From a virus (lineage: Duplodnaviria > Heunggongvirae > Uroviricota > Caudoviricetes): DNA of 64,000 bases. Positions 1-9,665 of the stretch are shown here, one piece after another. Every line of letters starts with the position of its first letter. Position 1 is the first letter of the stretch. The notes under the pieces are model-generated. The model was not told the origin of the DNA and ran no database searches. It saw nothing but the letters and a program-made list of their open reading frames with translations. The stretch is from positions 223,270-287,269 of the IMG/VR virus record IMGVR_UViG_3300033074_000580; one strand, written 5' to 3'. A program made the translations under genes and the position numbers.

Positions 1-237
1 TTACCTCATAACACATTATTCGCATATCACGCATATCGTTACATAAAACCAGGTGGTTATTTAATTGTTGAGGATATTTTTAGAAGTACCAATGAAGACG
101 ATTTCGCAAAGAATTTTGAACCGTTAGAGTCGTATTTCCATTCAATGACTTTTATTGTGACCGAACATAAAAATAGATATTCCCCAGGATGGGATAATGA
201 TAAATTACTTGTACTTTGTAGAAACGAAAAAATATGA
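1..237 (+). CDS. Class I SAM-dependent methyltransferase, C-terminal part (5' truncated by window edge)
   Basis: Frame 1 is open from base 1: ...AYRYIKPGGYLIVEDIF...LLVLCRNEKI*, with TGA at 235-237 overlapping the next ATG. Not in the ORF track. Confidence 0.7.
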   Translation, partial: LPHNTLFAYHAYRYIKPGGYLIVEDIFRSTNEDDFAKNFEPLESYFHSMTFIVTEHKNRYSPGWDNDKLLVLCRNEKI

Positions 238-932
238 AAAAATTCTTAGTATTAACCGCAATCACCGGAGGAAAAGATAAATTGTTAGACCCACCACAGG
301 TTTTTGACAATTGTGATTATATTGCATATGTGGATAAGAAAGACGAGACAGTTAAAGTTTGGGAACAAAGAAGTGTATTAGAATTTTCATCCATTGATGG
401 ACTTACTGATAGAAGAAATGCCAAACCATATAAAATTTTATCGTCAATAATGTTCCCTCAATATGAATATATTATTTGGGAAGATGGTAACCACCAATTA
501 AAAAAAGACCCTCAATTGATTATAGATGAGTATGGTGCCGATACCGATATCTTTTTATTTAAACATCCTGATAGAACTTGTTTATATCAAGAGATGGGTG
601 CATGTGTTCATTGGAGATTGGACTATCAACAAAATATTGATAATCAATTCGCGTTCTACAAATCTAAAGGGATGCCAGAATTATTTGGGTTGTTCGAACT
701 TTCGACATTCATAGTAAAAACCACAGATGTAATTAAACAATTACAGTTAATGTGGTGGGAACAAATATGTAGATTTAGTTCAAGAGACCAAATTAGTTTT
801 CCATATTGTATATGGAAATTAGATAAGAAATTAAAAAGAAAAAGATTAAAAGGTTATGCAAACTTATATGCCGTTAAAGGGGATAGTGGTGGTAATGAGT
901 ATTTTGATGACCAAGGAAAACATTTAAGATAA
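234..932 (+). CDS. DUF616 (TOD1/MUCI70-like) putative glycosyltransferase
   Basis: Family-typical motifs TAITGGKD, RRNAKPYKIL, IWEDGN, HPDRTCLYQE and SRDQISFPY. Confidence 0.8.
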   Translation: MKKFLVLTAITGGKDKLLDPPQVFDNCDYIAYVDKKDETVKVWEQRSVLEFSSIDGLTDRRNAKPYKILSSIMFPQYEYIIWEDGNHQLKKDPQLIIDEYGADTDIFLFKHPDRTCLYQEMGACVHWRLDYQQNIDNQFAFYKSKGMPELFGLFELSTFIVKTTDVIKQLQLMWWEQICRFSSRDQISFPYCIWKLDKKLKRKRLKGYANLYAVKGDSGGNEYFDDQGKHLR

Positions 933-935
933 TTT

Positions 936-1532
936 ATGATTACAGTATTATACACATATTTCGGACAAAGAGAAAGAATACAAGGTATTTTAGAACAAGG
1001 ATTGAAAACTGTTATTGTTGATGATTGTTCTAAGGAACCATTAGGACCATTGGATGGTGTTAAGGTTGTTAGGGTAACTGATGACATTAAATGGAATCAA
1101 CCAGGTGCAAGAAATTTAGGATTTCATATTAGCGATGGGTGGATATTATGTGCAGACATTGACCACTTAGTGACTAAAGAAAATATGGAACAATTAGAAA
1201 AGACAGAATTAAAACGTGGTTGTGTTTATTACTTAGGTAGAGAAGATACTAATAGTGTAAACATCTATGTAATCCATAAAGATGACTTTGAAAAGATTGG
1301 TGGGTATGATGAAGACTTCTGTGGTAACTATGGTTATGATGATATACATTTCTATAATAAATGTGTAAGATTATTAGAAGTACATGAGTTAAGACACATT
1401 AAAGCGAAAGTATACGCTAAGGAAAGTTCAAGTGAAGGTGTTAGAGACAGTACACATAATTTAGAAGTAATAAAAAGAAAAGGTGTTGAGTCAACACCAA
1501 GATTAAGATTTAATTGGGAATATGTCAACTAA
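936..1532 (+). CDS. GT-A glycosyltransferase (GT2/GT7 C-terminal type)
   Basis: VIVDDCS, WNQPGARNLG, DxD motif (ADID) and GGYDEDFCGNYGYDD. Confidence 0.85.
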   Translation: MITVLYTYFGQRERIQGILEQGLKTVIVDDCSKEPLGPLDGVKVVRVTDDIKWNQPGARNLGFHISDGWILCADIDHLVTKENMEQLEKTELKRGCVYYLGREDTNSVNIYVIHKDDFEKIGGYDEDFCGNYGYDDIHFYNKCVRLLEVHELRHIKAKVYAKESSSEGVRDSTHNLEVIKRKGVESTPRLRFNWEYVN

Positions 1533-2433
1533 GAAAATTTCATGGATACCAATGTATGATGATGTAAAAAACTTTGCATCAACAAGAATACGTTTGTTCT
1601 ATCCAAATCAATCGATTAACAGATACCATTCTAACAAGTATGAAAGTAATATTGGTTTTGATATCAATTCAGATATACTAATCATTCAAAAAAGAATTGA
1701 TAACCAAACACTTACATATGTTAAAGCATTTGAAGGATTCAAAATATTTGACTTCGATGACCCTGTACACAATAATCCACATTTCAGAGAGATGATGGAA
1801 CATATCGATATTGTTACAACAGATACTTTGGGTAGAAAAGAACATTTCGATTCTTTGGGTACTGGTAAAGAATGTATTGTTATTGAGGATTGTTTGGATT
1901 ATGGTGTTGTTGATATATTAGAAACTCCTGAGGTATCCAATAAAATTGCTTGGTTTGGTAATTATCCAAATGCTCAGTCGATACAATGGATGGTTCCTCA
2001 CATTATTGAAACAAGATTTGAATTAAATTTAATAACTGATGCAAGAAACATAAACGTTCAACCGCCGATTACGAAAACACAATGGGGACTTGATACGTTT
2101 GTAGATGATTTAAGAAAATCAAATGTATGTGCATTATCTCATTTAGGTTCAGATGCTGGTGTAAAGAGTAACAATAAAATGATTGCGTCAATTGCTTGTG
2201 GTGTACCATGTATTGTTAACTCATCAAGAAGTTATGAAGAATTAGCAAAAGAATTCAATTTAGATTATGCGATTGCCAATGACCCACAATCATTAAAAAA
2301 CGCACTTAATATATTAAACAACATCCACAACAGAAGAAGATATCTTAAAGATATTCAACCTTTTATTTTGAACAGTTTAAGTACAAAAGTTATAACCGAA
2401 AAACTGATAAAACTTATTGAACAATATGCATGA
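1522..2433 (+). CDS. GT-B-like glycosyltransferase (GT4-related)
   Basis: ASTRIR, FDFDDP and the C-terminal KSNNKMIASIACGVPCIV nucleotide-binding-type motif. Confidence 0.65.
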   Translation: MSTKKISWIPMYDDVKNFASTRIRLFYPNQSINRYHSNKYESNIGFDINSDILIIQKRIDNQTLTYVKAFEGFKIFDFDDPVHNNPHFREMMEHIDIVTTDTLGRKEHFDSLGTGKECIVIEDCLDYGVVDILETPEVSNKIAWFGNYPNAQSIQWMVPHIIETRFELNLITDARNINVQPPITKTQWGLDTFVDDLRKSNVCALSHLGSDAGVKSNNKMIASIACGVPCIVNSSRSYEELAKEFNLDYAIANDPQSLKNALNILNNIHNRRRYLKDIQPFILNSLSTKVITEKLIKLIEQYA

Positions 2434-2971
2434 TAATGTAAAATATCGTCTTGAGGATTGGTATAAATCAAACAGGATTAGTATCGATTCATCAAAAATT
2501 GCAGATGTGGGTGCGTATAATATAAACGGTTCAACTAAAAATATTATATCACACGCAATTGGTTTTGACATATATGATGGAGAAGGTGTGGATGTGGTTA
2601 TTGAACCTGGCATTATCCCCGAAGAACATATTGGGATATATAATTTTGTGACATCCATAAGTTCATTTCAATTTTGTCCTGAACCAAATCTTTATAAAAA
2701 ACAAATTACCGATTTACTATGTGACGGAGGTTTCTTATTTTTATCTATGTGTTCGGATAAATGTGAGAAGGGACATACCTCATCACCAAACATCTACAAT
2801 TATGGAGATGAAGTACGAATGAGTCTAACAGAAATTCAAAATTTCTTTGAGGAAGATTTCACAATTATCGAACTAACATATTCTTTGGATGGAGGACATT
2901 CAGATATAATTTTAAAAGCAAAAAAGAATGAAAAGAACAGACATTATCAATCACTTAATCAAGAAAAATAA
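2426..2971 (+). CDS. Class I SAM-dependent methyltransferase
   Basis: Motif I ADVGAYNINGS and LLCDGGFLFL. ATG at 2426 preferred over the TTG at 2417. Confidence 0.7.
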   Translation: MHDNVKYRLEDWYKSNRISIDSSKIADVGAYNINGSTKNIISHAIGFDIYDGEGVDVVIEPGIIPEEHIGIYNFVTSISSFQFCPEPNLYKKQITDLLCDGGFLFLSMCSDKCEKGHTSSPNIYNYGDEVRMSLTEIQNFFEEDFTIIELTYSLDGGHSDIILKAKKNEKNRHYQSLNQEK

Positions 2972-3503
2972 TTATAAACGGTATTTAGAAATTGGAGTTA
3001 GAGACCCTGAATCCAATTTAAATCTAATTGATATTGAACATAAGGATGGTGTTGACCCAGCGGGTCGTTGTAACTATCCAATTACATCTGACGATTTCTT
3101 TGAGCAATTAGATGAAAACGTAAAATATGATATTATCTTCATTGATGGTTTACATCTTGATTATCAGGTAGAAAAAGATATCACCAACTCATTAAAACAT
3201 TTAAGTGATGGAGGAACAATTGTGATGCATGACTGTAGTCCAATTAAAGAAGAACATCAAGTGGAAGAATATGTTCTTGGAACTACTTGGAATGGGACAA
3301 CATGGAAGGCATATGTTAAATTCAGAATGACAGACGAAAATTTAAATATGTGTGTTGTCGATACTGACCACGGTGTTGGTATTATTAGTAAAGGTAAACA
3401 AACCTTATTTCCAAAATCAGATGTGTTAGATTTTAAATTATTAGATGAAAATAGAAAAGAAATATTAAATCTTATAACACCGCAACAATTTTTAAATTTA
3501 TGA
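2928..3503 (+). CDS. Methyltransferase (Methyltransf_24-like)
   Basis: YLEIGV, YDIIFIDGLH and GGTIVMHDC. Confidence 0.85.
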   Translation: MKRTDIINHLIKKNNYKRYLEIGVRDPESNLNLIDIEHKDGVDPAGRCNYPITSDDFFEQLDENVKYDIIFIDGLHLDYQVEKDITNSLKHLSDGGTIVMHDCSPIKEEHQVEEYVLGTTWNGTTWKAYVKFRMTDENLNMCVVDTDHGVGIISKGKQTLFPKSDVLDFKLLDENRKEILNLITPQQFLNL

Positions 3504-4621
3504 TACAAGTATTCAAACCAATGATTGACACCGAAAGAATTCTAAATGAATTAAGACCAATTCTTAATTCAGGATGGATTGGATTGGGTCCAAAAACAAA
3601 GGAGTTCGAAACAAAATTATCCGAATATATCGGTTCAAAGTATTTTGTTGCATTGAATAGTGCAACTGCTGGTTTACATTTAGCAGTTAAGTGTTTAAAC
3701 TTACCACCTAAATCTAAAATCATTACAACATCAAATACGTTTGTTAGTACAAACCATGCAATTATGTATGAAGGTCATATTCCAGTATTTTGTGATGTTG
3801 AAAAAATGACCGGTAATATTTGTGCCGATTCTATTGAACAAGCATTACAAGAAGATAACGAAATTAAAGCGATTATCGTTGTTCATATCGGTGGATATAG
3901 TTGTGATATGATTCGTATCAATGAAATTGCCAATCGTTATGGTATTCCTGTTATTGAAGATTGTGCACACGCATTTGGCGGAATGTACAATGGTAAAATG
4001 ATTGGTGATACTGATAACATTTGTGTTTGGAGTTTTCAAGCTGTGAAAAACTTACCAGTTGGGGATGGTGGTGCAATTTCAACAAACAACGAAGAATTAT
4101 ATACTCGTTTAAATAAATTAAGATGGTTAGGTATCAATAAAGATACTGTTTCAAGAAGTAATTTGAATACTGAAAAACCAACATACAATTGGGATTATGA
4201 AGTTGAGGAAGTTGGGTACAAGTATCATTTAACAGATATCGCATCTACAATGGGTATTATTGGTTTAGAAACAATCAATCAAAATAATACGCGTCGTAGA
4301 AGAATTGCACAATATTATTTAGATAGTGTCGAAGGTGCTTTGTTACCTGAATATAAATCGGATAGAGTTTCTTCGTCACACTTTTTACCTTTATTTTTTG
4401 AAGACAGAGATGAGGTTTATGATTTGTTAAAAAACAATGGTGTTTACTGTGGTATGCACTATAAAAGAAATGACAAATATGAACCATTTAGAGAATTTAA
4501 GAAAGTGGGTGGATTGGTAAATGCAGAATGGTACGATAAACATGAATTAACTTTACCGTTACATTTAGGTTTAACGGATGAAGATATTGAATCAATAATT
4601 AAAATAGTAAATAATAGATAA
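3500..4621 (+). CDS. DegT/DnrJ/EryC1/StrS PLP-dependent NDP-sugar aminotransferase
   Basis: NSATAGLHLA, IEDCAHA, SFQAVKNL (PLP lysine) and GDGGA. Confidence 0.95.
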   Translation: MIQVFKPMIDTERILNELRPILNSGWIGLGPKTKEFETKLSEYIGSKYFVALNSATAGLHLAVKCLNLPPKSKIITTSNTFVSTNHAIMYEGHIPVFCDVEKMTGNICADSIEQALQEDNEIKAIIVVHIGGYSCDMIRINEIANRYGIPVIEDCAHAFGGMYNGKMIGDTDNICVWSFQAVKNLPVGDGGAISTNNEELYTRLNKLRWLGINKDTVSRSNLNTEKPTYNWDYEVEEVGYKYHLTDIASTMGIIGLETINQNNTRRRRIAQYYLDSVEGALLPEYKSDRVSSSHFLPLFFEDRDEVYDLLKNNGVYCGMHYKRNDKYEPFREFKKVGGLVNAEWYDKHELTLPLHLGLTDEDIESIIKIVNNR

Positions 4622-5484
4622 TGAACGTATTAGTGACTGGTGGTGCTGGATTTGTTGGTACCAATTTAATTAAAAGATTAGTTAGTGAAGGACACAATGT
4701 TGTTTCCGTTGATAACTATTTTACGGGGTTTAGAACAAATCACGTAGAGGGTGCAAAATATGTTAATGAAGACATATCATTTAGAAAAAGAAATTGGAAC
4801 CCGTATTTGGATGATGGTCAAACTTTTGATGTGGTATATCATTTAGCTGCAATTGCACGTATACAACCATCCTTTAAAAATCCAGTTGGTTATTTTCAAA
4901 CAAATGCAAATGGTACTTTATACATTGCAGATTATTGTGTACAAAATAACATACCACTAATATATGCGGGAAGTAGTTCACACCATAGTGGTAAATTTAA
5001 AAATCCATATACTTTTAGTAAAGATGTTGGTGAAGAGATTATTCAAATGTATCAACAACATTTTAATTTGAAAGCAAGTGTTGCTCGTTTCTATAATGTA
5101 TATGGCCCTCATCATTTGAAGGAGGGTGGATATTGTACTTTAATCGGTAAGTGGGAAAAAGCAATTGAAGACGGTCAACCATTAACAATTTATGGTGATG
5201 GAACTAAGAGAAGGGATTTCACACACATTGAAGATATTGTGGATGGTCTTATTCGAATTAAATCTTATGATAAATGGGGACATATATTCGAATTAGGTAG
5301 AGGTAAGAATTATTCAATCGAGGATATTGCTAAAATGTTCAAACACGAATATGTTTTTACTGATGATAAACCAGGTGAGGCGTTAATAACTTTATGTGAT
5401 AGTTCTGAAGCCAGACTTCAATTAGATTGGGAACCAACTAAAAACATTGAAGATTACATTGTTGAATATTTGAATAATAAGTAA
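4621..5484 (+). CDS. NAD-dependent NDP-sugar epimerase/dehydratase (extended SDR)
   Basis: TGGAGFVG, HLAA, YxxxK (YTFSK), RFYNVYGP and RDFTHIEDIV. Confidence 0.95.
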   Translation: MNVLVTGGAGFVGTNLIKRLVSEGHNVVSVDNYFTGFRTNHVEGAKYVNEDISFRKRNWNPYLDDGQTFDVVYHLAAIARIQPSFKNPVGYFQTNANGTLYIADYCVQNNIPLIYAGSSSHHSGKFKNPYTFSKDVGEEIIQMYQQHFNLKASVARFYNVYGPHHLKEGGYCTLIGKWEKAIEDGQPLTIYGDGTKRRDFTHIEDIVDGLIRIKSYDKWGHIFELGRGKNYSIEDIAKMFKHEYVFTDDKPGEALITLCDSSEARLQLDWEPTKNIEDYIVEYLNNK

Positions 5485-6590
5485 TGAATATAACATTTGT
5501 ATTAGCGGTATATAATAAATTAAATCTAACAAAAGAATGTTATAGATATCTTCGTGATTTATATCCAAACGAACCATTAGTTATAAGTAGTGGTGGTTCT
5601 ACAGATGGAACAAAAGAATGGTTAGAATCTTTGGAGGACAATAATCTTTCATTTATTCATGATGATGATAGATTAACATTTTCTGAAACATATAATGCGG
5701 GTATTAAATTAGTTGATACTGAAAAGCTTGTTTTGATACATAACGATATGGTTATCGGTGAAGGTTTTTTAGAAGCCATTGAACGATTATTACAACCAAA
5801 TATGTTATTGTCTTATACAACAATTGAACCACCAATTTTTGCCGGTCACAAAAGACCTGGTAAAGTTCTATTAGATTTAGGTTCATCGTTCTTAAATTTT
5901 AACACATATCATTTCAACAATTACGTTCAACAATGGAAAAACTCAGATACCCTATATGACGGTGCTGTGTTCTTTATGAGCGGATATAAGAAAATGTTTG
6001 AGGATGTTGGGATGTTTGATGGATTTAGTTTCGCACCTTGTTTTTGTGAAGACGATGATTTTCTTATTCGTGCAAAACTAAAAGGATATGAATTAAAAAC
6101 TTGTGAATCGGCTATCACTTATCATTTTGTTTCACAGACATCAAGATTTAGTGATGATATGAAGAACAATAGACAAATTATTGAAATATCATCCAATAGA
6201 AATTTCGTAAGAAAGTGGGGGATTCCTATTATGTCATTTAATGAATTAAGATATTGGGAAGATAAGGAATTTAAATATAACACATTCACAATGGGATTAT
6301 CTACGAATAATTCCAATAGATTGTTTGAGATTGAGCCATTCTTTGATAAAATCAATTTAGGACGTATTCCTGAAGATTATATTGAGAATGAACAGAAGAA
6401 TACCAGATATGATTTAAGGTCCAAATTTACCCTTACAGATACCGTAGATGTGATGATTTACGAAACCGCACCGTTTACAGATGAGGATGTGTATCTTTTA
6501 TACACTTTAAGATTGTCAATACCTCATTATGAACCGGGTGAATATCAAATAGGAAATATGATGATAGAAATAAGAAAGGGACTTAATTAG
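5484..6590 (+). CDS. GT2-family glycosyltransferase
   Basis: GSTDGT, FSETYNAG, LIHNDM and CEDDDF. Confidence 0.85.
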   Translation: MNITFVLAVYNKLNLTKECYRYLRDLYPNEPLVISSGGSTDGTKEWLESLEDNNLSFIHDDDRLTFSETYNAGIKLVDTEKLVLIHNDMVIGEGFLEAIERLLQPNMLLSYTTIEPPIFAGHKRPGKVLLDLGSSFLNFNTYHFNNYVQQWKNSDTLYDGAVFFMSGYKKMFEDVGMFDGFSFAPCFCEDDDFLIRAKLKGYELKTCESAITYHFVSQTSRFSDDMKNNRQIIEISSNRNFVRKWGIPIMSFNELRYWEDKEFKYNTFTMGLSTNNSNRLFEIEPFFDKINLGRIPEDYIENEQKNTRYDLRSKFTLTDTVDVMIYETAPFTDEDVYLLYTLRLSIPHYEPGEYQIGNMMIEIRKGLN

Positions 6591-6601
6591 TCCCTTTTTT
6601 T
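6575..6601. terminator. Probable bidirectional intrinsic terminator at the convergent strand switch
   Basis: AAAGGGACT-TAATT-AGTCCCTTT perfect 9-bp stem followed by a T run on +, with a weaker A-rich flank serving the minus strand. It overlaps the stop codons of both convergent genes. Confidence 0.75.
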
Positions 6602-7044
6602 ATTAGTTTAAATAACACTTGATAATTGTCTTTCGTTTCTCCGATGTTTTTTAAATCATCTTTAGTGATATCAGGATATTCAATTTCTTTCTCCATCAAC
6701 ATAAGTTTACCCATTTCTTCATCAAATTGAACGTATTTTGGATTTATGGTTTTGGATAATATTTTACCCTCATCGTCCTTATCAATTAACCACATGTTTA
6801 ACTTTATTCCCTTTTCATCCTCCTCACCGTATTTTAAAATCAGTTCATCTTTTATTTTTTCGGTTTTATTTTTTTCCTTTTCGAGAAATTCACTTAAATC
6901 GGTTAATTCATATTTTAATAAAATTGAAATTTTTTGATTTAAAAATCCTTCAAAAATAACGTTACCTGTTTCTTGATTGATGAGTCCGTTAATTTCATCG
7001 TTTAATTGTCTAATTTCTCCTAATGTTAAATTTATCTTATTCAT
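6583..7044 (-). CDS. Hypothetical protein (153 aa, acidic, helical)
   Basis: Clean ORF packed between neighbours; no motif recognised. Confidence 0.75.
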   Translation of the reverse strand: MNKINLTLGEIRQLNDEINGLINQETGNVIFEGFLNQKISILLKYELTDLSEFLEKEKNKTEKIKDELILKYGEEDEKGIKLNMWLIDKDDEGKILSKTINPKYVQFDEEMGKLMLMEKEIEYPDITKDDLKNIGETKDNYQVLFKLIKKGTN

Positions 7045-7058
7045 ATTTTATATGTATT

Positions 7059-8066
7059 TTATATTATTGTTAATAGTGCATATGTCATCATTATTGATAT
7101 CCATATTATCAAAGCCTTCAAATATGTCATAAAACCTGTGTGGAAATATTTTTGACCTATTGGTAGACATTTGTGTGATGGGGATATTAGATATGCGGAG
7201 TATTCTAAAGTGAAAAATAAAACAAAATATTGCATTCCAAATACACTTGTTAATAAACTTACGATACTAGCATATTTTGCAGAAGACCCCAACATAAACG
7301 AGGATAAAAATGATATCATAGATACAATCAATATATATTCAGGTTTATTATATTGTTTAATATACCCTTCAATTACATTATAATATGAACCTATTAAGTT
7401 ACCTAAAATAATAACTAACGCCACAATCCATATCAGTTCCCAATTCACATAATCGAGTAATTTTTTCCAACTATTGGAATAATATACCAACCATAATGTG
7501 AACCCCATAAAGAATCCAAAATAATAATCAGTAAAGAAAACACACATCATAATCGTAGCTAGAAATGGGATAACTACAAGATAGATGTTCTTCCAATCGA
7601 TTGGGTCGTCTTTAACTTCAATATCAATTTCATCTTCATCTAATGATAGAATATAATAACTGATGTATAATCCTGAAATCAATAACAACGGCCAGATATA
7701 AGACATAAACTGCACATAAGTTAATCCTAATACAGCCATAGGTATGATAACAGTCTTCTCCAAGGGTGACCATAAATAATAATGGTGTGTTGCAAGGTAA
7801 TCGATAATACCAAACTTCTTACGTTTTTTATTATCAACTGGTGCAATACTATTCAACATAGATGCTGATAATGCAACACGACCTGGTATTGGTAACACTC
7901 CACCAAATAACGATACTAAGAAGACCACCATCTTCTTTGATTTAACTTTCTGTTCTAAAAGTCTAAAGATGTCCATAAGGTATCCTCTTTCCTTGAGGAT
8001 ACCAGTTACGAACATAATGAATATTAAGTAGACAAGGAATTCTTGTCCTTTGATTAAAATCTCCAT
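7059..8066 (-). CDS. Multi-pass inner-membrane transporter, DUF401 / ion-transporter (IT) superfamily-like
   Basis: Multiple hydrophobic segments, GGVLPIPGRVALSA helical-hairpin-type motif and C-terminal ISPSHKCL...YF resembling the DUF401 SPxHxC motif. Confidence 0.65.
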   Translation of the reverse strand: MEILIKGQEFLVYLIFIMFVTGILKERGYLMDIFRLLEQKVKSKKMVVFLVSLFGGVLPIPGRVALSASMLNSIAPVDNKKRKKFGIIDYLATHHYYLWSPLEKTVIIPMAVLGLTYVQFMSYIWPLLLISGLYISYYILSLDEDEIDIEVKDDPIDWKNIYLVVIPFLATIMMCVFFTDYYFGFFMGFTLWLVYYSNSWKKLLDYVNWELIWIVALVIILGNLIGSYYNVIEGYIKQYNKPEYILIVSMISFLSSFMLGSSAKYASIVSLLTSVFGMQYFVLFFTLEYSAYLISPSHKCLPIGQKYFHTGFMTYLKALIIWISIMMTYALLTII

Positions 8067-8938
8067 CCGAATATAATTGTGGTTCTTGATAATTTTGCGT
8101 CTTGATTTAAACCTGGCATATGTTCAACATTCAAATATGCTTTGTTGGTGAATCGGTATTGTACTAATGGTCCGAGATACCATTCTTGTGAACCACCTTC
8201 ATAGTCATTGTATCTAAACATATGTGAAACACCTAATGTTAAATCATTGTTTAGGATTTTTGCATATGATGCGGTATACGCATATTCACGTTCTTGTTCT
8301 TCTTTAGTACCACCTAAGTTACCTTCATAGATTGCATTGAATCCCCACACACCATTTCTACCTACTCTATCTCCTAACAATAGTTTTGGTTCAATTCCCC
8401 AACGACCATCTAACATTTTGGTTTCCCAATAGATTGTTGGATTACCCCATAGTTTACCCCAATCGGCTAATGCGTATCTGAATTCCCAAGAAAATCCTCT
8501 CCATTTGAATTCCTTATCACCATTATAACCGTCATAAACTGTGTGTGAATATACATCTAATTGAAGTCTCTTACCTAAACCGAATGTGAATTCATCTCTC
8601 ATTCTGATTTGTGCCGGACCATTTCTACGTTGTCTAATATCGAACCACTTCTCATACATTACTGTATTTGGTGGATTCATAATGTAAACACGTGTAGATG
8701 GAAACATTCGAATTGTTGACCAAAGTGGTTGATTGTATTCACCAACTCTTGTCATCAAAGGAACTTTCTTTGCACTAACAACAATTTCTTGTAATTGATT
8801 ATGGAGTGTATCCGTTTGAACTTTTAAGGATTGTTCTGAACCTTTCTGAATTGCACTACTACTATATTGACCATATGACAATGTTGTAGTAAACAATAAC
8901 ACTAACATTAGCGATAGTGTTGTGATTGTTTTTCTCAT
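8054..8938 (-). CDS. Putative outer-membrane beta-barrel protein with Sec signal peptide
   Basis: Start at M26 of the ORF (8938) gives MRKTITTLSLMLVLLFTTTLSYG/Q signal peptide, alternating aromatic beta-strands and a terminal FGWRF barrel signature. Confidence 0.65.
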   Translation of the reverse strand: MRKTITTLSLMLVLLFTTTLSYGQYSSSAIQKGSEQSLKVQTDTLHNQLQEIVVSAKKVPLMTRVGEYNQPLWSTIRMFPSTRVYIMNPPNTVMYEKWFDIRQRRNGPAQIRMRDEFTFGLGKRLQLDVYSHTVYDGYNGDKEFKWRGFSWEFRYALADWGKLWGNPTIYWETKMLDGRWGIEPKLLLGDRVGRNGVWGFNAIYEGNLGGTKEEQEREYAYTASYAKILNNDLTLGVSHMFRYNDYEGGSQEWYLGPLVQYRFTNKAYLNVEHMPGLNQDAKLSRTTIIFGWRF

Positions 8939-9002
8939 TTGTTTTTTGTTTAAGAAAAGTTTATTATTACTCAAATATAAACAAAAAATGTGAGAAATAG
9001 AA

Positions 9003-9665
9003 CTACTTTTCAATTAAAAATATACCGATTCCATTCCAAAAATCTTTTGAGTCTTCTCCGTTTGTGTATAGATTTTTTTGGTATGTTATAAAGGCATTTG
9101 AATCCTCCAACGCTTTGGTTGCACCCTCTTTTTGCCAATTCCAATCGTCAATAATTAAAATACAATTGTTTGACATATAAGGTATTAGATTTTTTATTGT
9201 AGTATATTGGTCATAGTACTTTGTCTCCCCGTCGTAAAAAATAATATCCAACGGACCGATAGTTGAATAATCAAAATCCAAATAATTTGCCCTATAAACG
9301 TTTAATTTTTCTACGTTACCGTATTTTTTGACATTCGATAAGAATTCCTCTTTAGGGTCATTTGATTTGTCCCTTAAATAGAAGTTCATTTTTTGACTAA
9401 CCCCACTTGGCATCAAATATGGCGAACTCCAATTGTCAATTCCAGTTGCGGTTATATTATTACCATATATTGCGGAACAAAATGTAGAACCTCTAAAGAC
9501 ACCGATTTCTAAATAATTGGCACCATCTATGTTACATATATTATTTAATAGACATTTAACTTTATTACTTGTTATCCCATGTATGTTTAATATGTCTAAA
9601 GTAAGTTTAGATACCTCCAATTCTCCCCACTTTACTGAATCGTCAATATGTTTAATGTAATCCAT
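9003..9665 (-). CDS. Methyltransferase (Methyltransf_24-like)
   Basis: YLEIGVFRGST, DIIFYDG and ILIIDDWNW. Confidence 0.85.
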   Translation of the reverse strand: MDYIKHIDDSVKWGELEVSKLTLDILNIHGITSNKVKCLLNNICNIDGANYLEIGVFRGSTFCSAIYGNNITATGIDNWSSPYLMPSGVSQKMNFYLRDKSNDPKEEFLSNVKKYGNVEKLNVYRANYLDFDYSTIGPLDIIFYDGETKYYDQYTTIKNLIPYMSNNCILIIDDWNWQKEGATKALEDSNAFITYQKNLYTNGEDSKDFWNGIGIFLIEK

